Below are positions 28,356-37,472 of a stretch of DNA of 64,000 bases, piece by piece. The translations under genes were made by a program, and so were the position numbers. Under the pieces are notes generated by a model, which saw nothing but the letters and a program-made list of their open reading frames with translations, searched no databases and was not told the origin of the DNA. Each line of letters opens with the position of its first letter. The first letter of the stretch is position 1. The stretch is taken from assembly GCA_965215505.1 (NCBI GenBank), contig OZ244065.1:1760001-1824000 (forward strand). The letters run 5' to 3'. This DNA is from Capsulimonadaceae bacterium (lineage in GTDB: Bacteria; Armatimonadota; Armatimonadia; Armatimonadales; Capsulimonadaceae).

Positions 28356-30398
28356 ATGGCCTACATCTCCCTTTACCGCAAATACCGGCCGCAGACGTTC
28401 GAGGATGTCGTCGGGCAGGAACACGTCACGACGACGCTGCGGAACTCCATCATCGAGGGCCGGATCGCAAGCGGCTACCTGTTCACCGGGACGCGCGGGA
28501 CGGCCAAGACGACCTGCGCGCGTATCCTCGCCAAAGCCCTGAACTGCATCGGGCCGGACGGAAAGCGGGCCACACCGAATCCCGAGCCGTGCGGCGTCTG
28601 CGGGCCGTGCCGAGGCATCGCTTCGTCGTCGTTCGTGGACGTGCTGGAGATGGACGCCGCCTCGCACGGCAAGGTGGACGACGTGCGCGACCTGGTGGCC
28701 TCCATCAAGTTCCCTCCGATGGAGGGGCGCTACAAGGTCTACATCATTGACGAGGCCCACCAGCTCTCGCGGGACGCCATGGATGCGTTCCTGAAGACCC
28801 TGGAGGAGCCGCCGGACGGTGTGGTCTTCGTGCTTGCCACGACCGAGCTGGAAAAGCTGCCGATCACCATCGCCTCCCGCTGCCAGGTGTACGAGTTCAA
28901 GCGCGGCTCGGTCGCCCAGATCTCGGCGCGGCTGGCCGACGTGCTGCAAGCGGAGGGCGTCCTGGCTGATGATGCCGCTGTGACACTGATCGCCCGCGCT
29001 GCTGACGGGTCGTACCGCGACTCGCTCTCGCTGCTCGAACAGGTCTTAGCCTATCAGCGGGAACACGTCACGGCCAAAGACGTCACGGTCGTTCTGGGGA
29101 CGATTGACGACGACCTGCTCTTGCAAGTCGTTGACCTCGTCGCGGACTCCGATGCGGCGGGCGCGTTCGGCCTGGTCGGGTCCATCCTGGAGAGCGGCAA
29201 GGACGTCCGGCAGTTTTTGAAGAGCCTGGCCGAGAGGTTCCGGGACATGCTGTTCGTCGGCGTCGGCGCGCGGCCCGCCGCGCCGGGCGAGATGGACGAC
29301 AGCGCGGCGATGCGCGCCCAGGCGGCCCGGTTCGCGCCGTCCACGCTGCTCCAGGCCCTGGAGACGCTGACGGCGGCGGAGCAGGAGACGAAGCGCAGCA
29401 ACCAGCACCGGCTGCTGCTGGAAATGGCCCTGCTGCGGCTGATGCGGCTGCCCTCGGAGGCCGCGCCGCCCTCAGCGCCCACTTTCGCCGCGCCGCCGCT
29501 GAAGCCCCTCGTGACGCCGCCGTCGAGCAACGGCAACGGGGCCAAGGCGGTGCCCGCGCCGGTCGTGACTGTCGCGCCTGCTGTGACCCGCGCGCTGGTG
29601 GAAGCCGCCCCCACCCCGGCGGTTCCGGTCGCAACGCCTCTGCATGCCGCCGAAGTGGAACTATCCCCCGTCATCCCCTACGACATGCCGCCGCCGCTGG
29701 CCGAGGACGAGCTGCCGGACGAGGACGAAGGCCTGGGCGATGAAGACCTGAGCGTAGGCCTGCTCCTGCCCGGCGATGATGAGCTGGATTCGCTGCCGCT
29801 GGACGACGAGGAAGAGATGCCGCGCGATGACATCCCCAGCGATCCTATGCCGAGCATGATGGTCGTCTCCCCAGAGCAGCACGAGCAGGCAGACGACCTG
29901 ATGCGCGTTCAACAGGTAGCCGCCGAAACCCCCGCGCCGGTTCCGCTCAGGCCCACGCCTGCCGCCGATGCGCCGCCGGAACTGCTCCGGCTCCAGAAGT
30001 CCTGGCAGGAGGTGCTGAACCTGGTCGGGAGCCGCAGCCCTGTCGGGGTTCAAGACGTCAAGGCCGCCAAGCCGGTCGCCATACTGGACAATGCCGTCAT
30101 TCTGGAGTTCAACAATCAGTTCTCCTTCGACCGTGTTCAGGGCAAAGAGAAGGGCCGCAAGATGATCGAGGAGATCATCAACCGGACCCTCGGCGTGGAG
30201 CCGGAGACCTACAAGATTAAGTGCCTGTTGCAAGGCCAGCCTCTTCCGACTCGCGGCGTAGTCAGCAAAGTGGCGCAGAGCCTGGCTCCAAAGCCGCGCG
30301 AGGCCGCGCCTCCCGCGCCGGACCGGCCTGGCCCGTTTGTGGACGAAGTGATCGCCGTGTTCGGCGGACAACTCTTGGACGACGATTTGAAAGGATAG
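28356..30398 (+). CDS. dnaX: DNA polymerase III subunit gamma/tau
   Basis: LYRKYRPQTF, GTRGTAKTT, PCGVCGPC, IIDEAH, LKTLEEPP, SRC. Confidence 0.96.
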   Translation: MAYISLYRKYRPQTFEDVVGQEHVTTTLRNSIIEGRIASGYLFTGTRGTAKTTCARILAKALNCIGPDGKRATPNPEPCGVCGPCRGIASSSFVDVLEMDAASHGKVDDVRDLVASIKFPPMEGRYKVYIIDEAHQLSRDAMDAFLKTLEEPPDGVVFVLATTELEKLPITIASRCQVYEFKRGSVAQISARLADVLQAEGVLADDAAVTLIARAADGSYRDSLSLLEQVLAYQREHVTAKDVTVVLGTIDDDLLLQVVDLVADSDAAGAFGLVGSILESGKDVRQFLKSLAERFRDMLFVGVGARPAAPGEMDDSAAMRAQAARFAPSTLLQALETLTAAEQETKRSNQHRLLLEMALLRLMRLPSEAAPPSAPTFAAPPLKPLVTPPSSNGNGAKAVPAPVVTVAPAVTRALVEAAPTPAVPVATPLHAAEVELSPVIPYDMPPPLAEDELPDEDEGLGDEDLSVGLLLPGDDELDSLPLDDEEEMPRDDIPSDPMPSMMVVSPEQHEQADDLMRVQQVAAETPAPVPLRPTPAADAPPELLRLQKSWQEVLNLVGSRSPVGVQDVKAAKPVAILDNAVILEFNNQFSFDRVQGKEKGRKMIEEIINRTLGVEPETYKIKCLLQGQPLPTRGVVSKVAQSLAPKPREAAPPAPDRPGPFVDEVIAVFGGQLLDDDLKG

Positions 30399-30405
30399 CA
30401 GAACG

Positions 30406-30753
30406 ATGGCAAACCCATTCGGCAAGATGCCCAGCGGCCTGGGCGACCTGATGAAGCAGGCGCAGAAGGCGATGGAGGACGCGCAGAAGGTCGAGGCCGA
30501 ACTCGACGAGGCGCGCGTCGAGGGTCAGGCCGGCGGTGGCCTAGTGAGAGTGGTCGCGACCGGCAAGGCGGAGATCGTGACGATCAAGATCGCCAAAGAG
30601 GTCGTGGACCCTGAAGACGTCGAGGCGCTGGAAGACCTGGTGACACTGGCCGTGCGCGAGGCGGTGGAAAAGGCCAACACCATGCGCGAGGAGCGGCTGA
30701 AGAGCGTCATGCCGGCGGGCATGGGCGGCGGCATGCCGGGCGGGCTGTTCTAG
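30406..30753 (+). CDS. ybaB: YbaB/EbfC nucleoid-associated protein
   Basis: MKQAQK, AGGGLVRV, DPEDVEALEDLV; between dnaX and recR. Confidence 0.92.
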   Translation: MANPFGKMPSGLGDLMKQAQKAMEDAQKVEAELDEARVEGQAGGGLVRVVATGKAEIVTIKIAKEVVDPEDVEALEDLVTLAVREAVEKANTMREERLKSVMPAGMGGGMPGGLF

Positions 30754-30776
30754 GGAAAGACTTCAAGCGACACCCT

Positions 30777-31385
30777 ATGGCCGTTTATTACCCCAAGCCG
30801 CTGGCCCGCATGGTCAGCGAATTCGAAAAGCTGCCCGGCATCGGCCCCAAGAGCGCCCAGCGGCTGGCCTTCCATGTGATGCGCCTGCCGGAAGAGGAGA
30901 CGCGCGCCCTGGCCGATGCCCTGGTCGCCCTCAAAGGCAGCATCAAGTTCTGCAAGCTCTGCCACAACTACTCCGAGGGCGACCTGTGCGACATCTGCGC
31001 CGACCCGCGCCGGGACCACTCCAGCCTGTGCGTCGTGGCCGAGCCGCGCGATCTGATCGCGATGGAAAAGACCGGCGAGTTCAAGGGGGTCTACCACGTC
31101 CTGCAAGGCGTCATCTCCCCGCTCGACGGCGTGGGCGTGGACAAGCTGCACCTCAAAGACCTGGAACAAAGGGTGGCTGACGGCAACCCGCCGGTGGAAG
31201 AGGTCATCCTCGCCACCAATCCTACCGTTGAAGGCGACACGACCTCCATGTACATCGCGCACCGCCTGAAGCCGCTCGGGACGAAGGTGACGCGCATCGC
31301 CCACGGGATGCCGGTCGGCGGCGATTTGGACTACGCGGACCAGGCGACCATCATCCAGGCGTTCGAATTCCGGCGCGAGATCTGA
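30777..31385 (+). CDS. recR: Recombination protein RecR
   Basis: LPGIGPKSAQR, C4 zinc finger, YHVL.G.ISP, ATNPTVEGD, G.PVGGDLDYAD. Confidence 0.96.
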   Translation: MAVYYPKPLARMVSEFEKLPGIGPKSAQRLAFHVMRLPEEETRALADALVALKGSIKFCKLCHNYSEGDLCDICADPRRDHSSLCVVAEPRDLIAMEKTGEFKGVYHVLQGVISPLDGVGVDKLHLKDLEQRVADGNPPVEEVILATNPTVEGDTTSMYIAHRLKPLGTKVTRIAHGMPVGGDLDYADQATIIQAFEFRREI

Positions 31386-31474
31386 GCGGCGCGGGCCAGC
31401 ATCTTAGCCGGCGTTTTTCGGGTCAAGAACACCGCTAGACATTCCGCCCGGTTTTTGTTATAATAGGTACAGAC

Positions 31475-32959
31475 ATGGCCGATCTTGACAAAACACGCCT
31501 CAACGGCGATGACCCCGACCGCACCCGGCTCCCCTCGGTGGATCCCAGCCGCACCCAGATGCCCGACCCGAATCGGACGCGGCTGCCCGCCGTGGATCCG
31601 AACCGGACGCAGATGGCCGACCCCAACCGGACGCAGATGGCCGACCCCAACCGGACGCAGATGGCCGACCCCAACCGGACGCAGATGGCCGACCCCAACC
31701 GGACGCGGCTGGGGGCCGGGCCGGTGTCCGGCCCGCGTGCCCTGACCTTGGGCGCGGTGCCGGGCAACGCTTATGCATTGGCGAACGATCTGGCGCGCGA
31801 ACACGTCCTGTTCGACATCCGGGCGGGCATGGGCGGGGCGGGCGCGCGGCTGCCGCTGAACATTTCTCTGGTGATCGACAGGTCGGGCAGCATGGAGGGC
31901 GAGCCGCTGGATTACGCCAAGCGCGCCTGTGCCTATGTCGTGGACCTGCTCGAACCCGACGACATCCTGAGCGTCGTGACGTTTGAAGAGGGCGCGGACA
32001 TCATCATGCCGGCCCGGCGCGTCGCCAACAAGGCGCTGGTCAAAGACTACATCAACCGCATCTACACCGGCAACACCACCAACCTCTATGAAGGCTTGAT
32101 GACCGCCTGCCAGCAGGTCGCCTCGGTCAAGACGGCCAACACCCTGAACCGCGTCCTGCTGCTGACCGACGGCGAGCCGACGGCGGGGACGCGCGACTTC
32201 GCCTCCATCGTCGGCCAGGCCGCCGAGCAGAAGGGACGCGGAATCACGGTAACGGCATTGGGCTTCGGACCCGACTATAATGAGGAGCTGATGGCCGGGA
32301 TCGCCCGCCGGTCGGGCGGCAACTACTACTACATCGCCCGGCCCGAGCTGATCCCCGAGGTCTTCCGGCGAGAGCTGGACACCTTGATGAAGATCACCGC
32401 CCGCAACCTGCGCCTGCGCCTGGCCCTGTCGCGCGGCGTCACGGTCCGCCAGGTCTACGGTCAGCAGCCGGTCTTCGGCACGCGGACCGCCGAGGTGACT
32501 TTGATCGACGTCGAGCAGTCCACCGGCCTGTCGTCGCTGTGGGAGCTGGAGATGACGCCGCGCCCGCCGGGTACCTACCGGCTGGGCGTGGCCGAGCTGC
32601 TGTACGACGACGCCCTGACGGGCCGGCAGGAGCAGATCGGCGCGGACGTAGTGGTCGAGTTCACCGGGGACCGCCTGCGGGTGGCGGCGGGCGTGGACCG
32701 GCGCGTCGCCTCGGAGATCGAGGTAGCCCGCGCCGCACGGTCGCTGGACCGGACGGTGATGGGGATGAAGACGCAGGCCTTGGACAGAACGCAGGTGATG
32801 GGCGAGCTGAACCGGACGAAGACGCTGATGCTAGATCAGGGGAAACTCGCCCAGGCGCAGCAGATCACGCAGGCGATGTCGGACATCCAGGGCGGCGGCT
32901 CGGTGGAGAAGACCCTGATGGGGACGATCTATACTCTGGACCAGGGGAAGACGAAGTAA
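31475..32959 (+). CDS. vWA domain protein with N-terminal DPNRTQMA repeats
   Basis: DRSGSM MIDAS, TNL, LLTDG, GFGPDYNEELM; eight D(P)xxT-containing units in the N-terminus. Confidence 0.9.
   Translation: MADLDKTRLNGDDPDRTRLPSVDPSRTQMPDPNRTRLPAVDPNRTQMADPNRTQMADPNRTQMADPNRTQMADPNRTRLGAGPVSGPRALTLGAVPGNAYALANDLAREHVLFDIRAGMGGAGARLPLNISLVIDRSGSMEGEPLDYAKRACAYVVDLLEPDDILSVVTFEEGADIIMPARRVANKALVKDYINRIYTGNTTNLYEGLMTACQQVASVKTANTLNRVLLLTDGEPTAGTRDFASIVGQAAEQKGRGITVTALGFGPDYNEELMAGIARRSGGNYYYIARPELIPEVFRRELDTLMKITARNLRLRLALSRGVTVRQVYGQQPVFGTRTAEVTLIDVEQSTGLSSLWELEMTPRPPGTYRLGVAELLYDDALTGRQEQIGADVVVEFTGDRLRVAAGVDRRVASEIEVARAARSLDRTVMGMKTQALDRTQVMGELNRTKTLMLDQGKLAQAQQITQAMSDIQGGGSVEKTLMGTIYTLDQGKTK
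31601..31706 (+). repeat. 24-bp coding tandem repeat (4 perfect copies plus a partial)
   Basis: AACCGGACGCAGATGGCCGACCCC x4. Confidence 0.92.
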
Positions 32960-32972
32960 AGGGCAGGGGAAA

Positions 32973-33118
32973 GGACGAGTGATTGAAAGCACTCGCTGAC
33001 GCCGGATTTGTCCAGGGGACAATGGACCGGATAACACCGGGCGTCCGCCTGTTTACATCGTCTCCCTCTTCTGTCCCCTGGACAAGTCCTCTTCAGCGAG
33101 TGATTTCAATCACTCGTC
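32973..33118. repeat. Inverted-doublet palindromic element, family 2, copy 2
   Basis: GGACGAGTGATTGAAAGCACTCGCTGA ... TCAGCGAGTGATTTCAATCACTCGTC with inner TGTCCAGGGGACA/TGTCCCCTGGACA; matches 5811-5948. Confidence 0.85.
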
Positions 33119-33148
33119 TCGGCTTATCATGCTCGGTAAACAGACGAT

Positions 33149-34567
33149 TTGAAAAACTACTACGCGATACTTGAAGTGCCCGTCGGCTGCGGCGTGGCCG
33201 ACATCCGCCAGGCCTATCGTCGGCTCTGCCAGGAGTACCTGGACGACCCCGTCGGGTTTGCCGAGCTGAAAGAGGCGCACGAGGTCCTGACGACGCCCGC
33301 CCGCCGGGCCGACTATGACCGGGCCGCTTGGGGCGAGACGTTCGTCCCCGAGGGGGCCGGTACGGCGGTCCTCCTGGCCGGCGGCTCGGTTTTGCCCGCC
33401 GCAGTGATGCTCTCGTCGGGCGCGGCCTCTTCCTCGGGCGGGTCCCCTACATCCGGCGCAACTCTCCTGCCCGGCGCGACCCTCCTCCCTGGTGCGACTC
33501 TCCTGCCCGGCGCGACACTGATGCCGGGCGGCGGTCTGCCTGCCATGCTTGACACTTCGGGCGGTGGGGGCCACTGCCCGATGGGGCCAGCGGCGCAGTG
33601 CCCCGTCCTCTTGGGCCGCACCGCGCCGAGCGACTCCTATTGCCCCGAATGCGGCTTCCTACTGGCCAGCCTGAGCGCCGTCACCGAGGAAGCGCCCGTC
33701 GAGGATGATGGCGGCATCCGGCTGGAAGAGCCGGGCGGGAAGAGCCACCGGCTGCGCGTCGGCCCCAACGTCGTCGGGCGCGAGGGCGCAGACGTCCTAC
33801 TGCCTGACAAGACCGTGTCGCGCCAGCACGCGCGCCTGGATGTCGCTGAGGACGGCACCGTCACCGCTGAGGACCTGGGCAGCACGAACGGCACGCAGGT
33901 GGGCGGGGAAGTTCTCGTCCCGCACATCCCTCGGACGATCAATGCGGGCGACCGGGTGCGCTTCGGCAGCGTCGTGACCGAGATGCGCCGGCCCTCGGAG
34001 CCGGCCAGTGTGCCTCCCGCAGCCGAAGGGGCTGACACCGCGCCCGAAGCGCCCGAAGCGCCGCGCGAGCCGGCCCGCGCGCAGGTCGTTGAGACGCGCG
34101 AGGAGGGCGGTCAGGCGTTCCCACTCTTCGCGGGTGTGACGACGTTCGGGCGGCGGGCAGACAACAGCGTCGTCCTCCAGGGCGACCCTTATGTCTCGGG
34201 CAGCCACGCGCAGATCGTCGCCGAGGGGGACGTGTTCGTCCTGACCGACATCGGCAGCACGAACGGCACGCTCCTGAACGGGCAGCGGCTGGTCATCGGC
34301 GAGCCGCAGACGCTCAAACCGGCCGACCTCGTCCTGATCGGCGGCACCGCCATGCGCTTCGAGCTGCTGGAGGCGGCTGAAGCGACGACCGACGCAGAGG
34401 CTCCCGCCGAGGGCATCCCCGCCGAGCCGCGCGAGCGGATGGCCCCCGAGTACGATGTTCCGGACGACGAGGCGGACAACGGCATCCCCACGCGCGCCGC
34501 CCACCCGCAGGATGTCCCGGTGCAAGATGTCCCGGCAACAGACCCCCCAACTCAAGTGGAAAGATAG
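33149..34567 (+). CDS. J-like domain + Cys ribbon + two FHA domains
   Basis: NYYAILEV...IRQAYRRL...RRADYD; CPECG; VGR...VSRQHA...DLGSTNGT and FGR...VSGSHA...DIGSTNGT; TTG start. Confidence 0.85.
   Translation: MKNYYAILEVPVGCGVADIRQAYRRLCQEYLDDPVGFAELKEAHEVLTTPARRADYDRAAWGETFVPEGAGTAVLLAGGSVLPAAVMLSSGAASSSGGSPTSGATLLPGATLLPGATLLPGATLMPGGGLPAMLDTSGGGGHCPMGPAAQCPVLLGRTAPSDSYCPECGFLLASLSAVTEEAPVEDDGGIRLEEPGGKSHRLRVGPNVVGREGADVLLPDKTVSRQHARLDVAEDGTVTAEDLGSTNGTQVGGEVLVPHIPRTINAGDRVRFGSVVTEMRRPSEPASVPPAAEGADTAPEAPEAPREPARAQVVETREEGGQAFPLFAGVTTFGRRADNSVVLQGDPYVSGSHAQIVAEGDVFVLTDIGSTNGTLLNGQRLVIGEPQTLKPADLVLIGGTAMRFELLEAAEATTDAEAPAEGIPAEPRERMAPEYDVPDDEADNGIPTRAAHPQDVPVQDVPATDPPTQVER
33455..33526 (+). 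repeat. 18-bp coding tandem repeat encoding GATLLP x4
   Basis: GATLLP GATLLP GATLLP GATLMP with synonymous variation between copies. Confidence 0.85.
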
Positions 34568-34575
34568 CACACACC

Positions 34576-35559
34576 ATGCCAGAGGCGATGACCAGCTTAG
34601 AAAGCAGCAGCCAGGAGAAGACCGCGCGCCTGGACCGGGACGAACTCAGCGAGGGCTGGGCCGAGGTCGGGCGGCTGCCCCGGATGGTCGCCTCGGTCAA
34701 GCTGGGCGCGAAGACGGACCTGGGCCGGGTGCGCGACAACAACGAGGACAAGTTCGACTTCTTCGAGCCGGAGGACCCGGCCGTGCTGGCGACCAAGGGC
34801 AGCTTCTACGCCGTGGCCGACGGCATGGGGGGCCACTCGGCGGGGCAGATCGCCTGCGAACTGGCCCTGAAGACGGTCATCGGGACCTATTACGCCGGCC
34901 AGAGCGCGGACGTGGAGCTGGGCCTGCGCCGGGCGGTGGAGCAGGCGAACGGGCTGATCTACGATACCGCCCAGGCGATCCCCGACCGGCAGGGAATGGG
35001 AACGACCCTGACGGCCGCCGTCGTCCGCGAGGACCGGCTGACACTGGCGCAGGTGGGGGACAGCCGGGCCTACCTGCTGCGCGGCGGCGTCTTCACGCAG
35101 CTCACCGAGGACCACTCGTGGGTGGCCGAGCAGGTGCGGCTGGGGACGATGACCCTAGCGGAGGCCTCGGTTTCCCCGTTCCGCAACATCATCACCCGCT
35201 CCATCGGCACGGCGGCGGCGGTCGAGGTGGACCTCTTCACGCACGAGGTGCGTGTCGGGGACACTTTCCTGCTCTGCTCCGACGGGCTTTCCGGACACCT
35301 GGAGCCGGAGGAGATGCAGGACCTCCTCCAGCGGCACGGCCCTTCGGTCGCCGCGCTGGCTTTAGTGGAAGCGGCTAACGAGCGCGGGGGCCGCGACAAC
35401 ATCACTGCCCTGGTCCTGTCCGTCCGCGCCCTCGCGCCATATGGCTCCGCGTCCGCCTATGAAGGCAGCGCCCCGGACCAGGCCGGCGCGGGCATGGGCG
35501 CGGACATGAACGGCCCGGCAAAGGAAGAAAAGGCGTCCCGCTGGGGGCGGCGCAAGTAG
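34576..35559 (+). CDS. PP2C-type (Stp1/PrpC) Ser/Thr phosphatase
   Basis: GRVRDNNED, VADGMGGH, GMGTT, VGDSRAY, LLCSDGL, GGRDNIT. Confidence 0.94.
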   Translation: MPEAMTSLESSSQEKTARLDRDELSEGWAEVGRLPRMVASVKLGAKTDLGRVRDNNEDKFDFFEPEDPAVLATKGSFYAVADGMGGHSAGQIACELALKTVIGTYYAGQSADVELGLRRAVEQANGLIYDTAQAIPDRQGMGTTLTAAVVREDRLTLAQVGDSRAYLLRGGVFTQLTEDHSWVAEQVRLGTMTLAEASVSPFRNIITRSIGTAAAVEVDLFTHEVRVGDTFLLCSDGLSGHLEPEEMQDLLQRHGPSVAALALVEAANERGGRDNITALVLSVRALAPYGSASAYEGSAPDQAGAGMGADMNGPAKEEKASRWGRRK

Positions 35560-35591
35560 GGCCTTCGGCTTAGAGGCAGGAGTATTCAGCA

Positions 35592-37415
35592 TTGGCCGTC
35601 TCGTCCAACACCGTCCTCGGGAAGTACCGCATCATCCGGGAGATCGCCCGCTCCAACGACATCGTTTATGAGGCGATCGACCCGACGATGGCCCGGCGCG
35701 TCGCCGTCAAAGAGTTGCAGCTCCCCCCGCATCTCGCGGGCGCGCAGAAGCGCGAGCGCATCGAGCGATTCTACCGCGAGGCGAAGGCGGCGGGCACGCT
35801 GTCGCACCGCAACATCGTCACCATCCACGACGTGGGGCAGGAGAACGACCGGCACTTCCTGGTCATGGAGTATCTGGAAGGCCAGTCCCTGCGCGACATC
35901 CTGCAAATGCAGGGGGCGCTGCCGCTCAAGGAGACCGTCGAGATCACCTTGCAGCTCTGTGATGCCCTCGCTTACGCCCACTCGCGCGGGGTGGTCCACC
36001 GGGACATCAAGCCCGACAACGTCCATATCCTGCCCGGCGGCATCATCAAGCTGACCGACTTCGGCATCGCCCGCATCACCGCTGAGCCGAGCATCACGAC
36101 GCAGGGGCAGGTCTTCGGGACCCCCTCCTATATGTCCCCGGAGCAGGTCGCCTCGCACACGGTGGACCACCGCACCGACCTCTTCTCGCTGGGCATCACG
36201 CTGTACGAGATGCTGACCGGGCGCAAGCCGTTCGTCGGCGACAGCGTCATCACCATCACCTACAACATCATGAACAACCAGCCGGCCATGCCGGTCGGCA
36301 TCCCCCAGGCCTTGCAGCAGATCTTGCAGCGCGCCCTGGCCAAAGACCCCAACCTGCGCTACCAGAACGCCGCCGCCATGGCCGCAGACCTGCGGGCCGA
36401 GAAGTTCGCCCTGACCTCGCCGACGCCCCCCGCCCAGGCCGCCCATGTCGGGCGGGCGGCACCCCTGACTTTCGCGCCCGGCCCGCCGCAGACGATGGAA
36501 ACCGGCACGGTCCCCCCCGAGATCTCCGGGATGCCCGTCGCCGCGCCCATCGCCCCGTCTCCGCCCGGCTTCTCCGCCCCCGGCCCTTCCCCGACCGGCG
36601 CGCAGGCCTACCCCGCACAGTCTTACTCGTCCCAGATCGATCCGACCCAAGCCATCCCGCCGACCGAGGCCGTCGCCCAGGCGCGCGCCGACGAGGCCGC
36701 CCGCGACCGGCAGTGGCGGCGCTCCGGGACGGAGCGGATGGTGAGCCTGGTCCTGCCGATCCTGGGCCTGCTGGCCCTGCTCGCCCTGATCGCCTGGGGC
36801 ATCCTCAATGTCGTCAAGTCCCTGAGTGCCCACGCGGCCAAGCGCGCCGACGCCGGGCAGCTCGTCCGGCCCGCGCCCGGCTCGCTCCCCACGGACGCCT
36901 ACATCGCCGCCGCCGCGCCCCCGCCGCCCGCGCCCACCGCCCCCGGCTCGCCCGTGCCGTTGACGGCAGCGGCTCCGGCACTCCTCCCCTCGAGCGCCGC
37001 CGCGCCGGCCGCCGTTCCCGCCTCCTACCCGGCCGCCTCGGTCGCTCCGACCGGACCGCGCTACGACTCCACCGCGGCCGCCGCGCTGGACGCCCAGGGT
37101 AACGCCGCCTGGTCATCTGGGCGAGCGGCGGAGGCGCTGGACGCCTGGGAGAAAGCCGCCCAGACCGACCCGACCAGCCCGGCCGCCTCGGAGGCCCGCC
37201 GCAGCGCCGTGAGCCACTACAAGGAGATGGCCCAGGCGGCGGCGGCGGCGGGCCGGACGGAGGAGGCCCGGACGGACTGGCAGAAGATCACGCAGATAGA
37301 CCCCGGCAGCGACGAGGCGATGTTGGCCGCCCAGAGCATCGGCGGCACCGAACCCACGATGGCCCCCGCGACTCCTACGGACGGCGGGATTCCAGGCGTC
37401 GGGATGTCGCGGTAA
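35592..37415 (+). CDS. Hanks-type Ser/Thr kinase with TM helix and external Pro/Ala linker + TPR
   Basis: VAVK, HRDIKPDN, DFG, GTPSYMSPE, DLFSLG; TM LVLPILGLLALLALIAWGIL; Gly-rich loop absent. Confidence 0.92.
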   Translation: MAVSSNTVLGKYRIIREIARSNDIVYEAIDPTMARRVAVKELQLPPHLAGAQKRERIERFYREAKAAGTLSHRNIVTIHDVGQENDRHFLVMEYLEGQSLRDILQMQGALPLKETVEITLQLCDALAYAHSRGVVHRDIKPDNVHILPGGIIKLTDFGIARITAEPSITTQGQVFGTPSYMSPEQVASHTVDHRTDLFSLGITLYEMLTGRKPFVGDSVITITYNIMNNQPAMPVGIPQALQQILQRALAKDPNLRYQNAAAMAADLRAEKFALTSPTPPAQAAHVGRAAPLTFAPGPPQTMETGTVPPEISGMPVAAPIAPSPPGFSAPGPSPTGAQAYPAQSYSSQIDPTQAIPPTEAVAQARADEAARDRQWRRSGTERMVSLVLPILGLLALLALIAWGILNVVKSLSAHAAKRADAGQLVRPAPGSLPTDAYIAAAAPPPPAPTAPGSPVPLTAAAPALLPSSAAAPAAVPASYPAASVAPTGPRYDSTAAAALDAQGNAAWSSGRAAEALDAWEKAAQTDPTSPAASEARRSAVSHYKEMAQAAAAAGRTEEARTDWQKITQIDPGSDEAMLAAQSIGGTEPTMAPATPTDGGIPGVGMSR

Positions 37416-37472
37416 GCTCTCCCCGCGTCACGAGGTGGGTTCGTTCCCGTCCCCGCCGGGTATTTCCTCTCC

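Noticed and set aside
28356-30398. dnaX programmed frameshift or slippage site
   Set aside because: No AAAAAAG or long A/T run was seen; the long Pro/acidic linker is normal variation.
31601-31706. Possible CRISPR array
   Set aside because: The 24-bp units are contiguous with no spacers, lie in frame within a CDS, and no cas genes are present.
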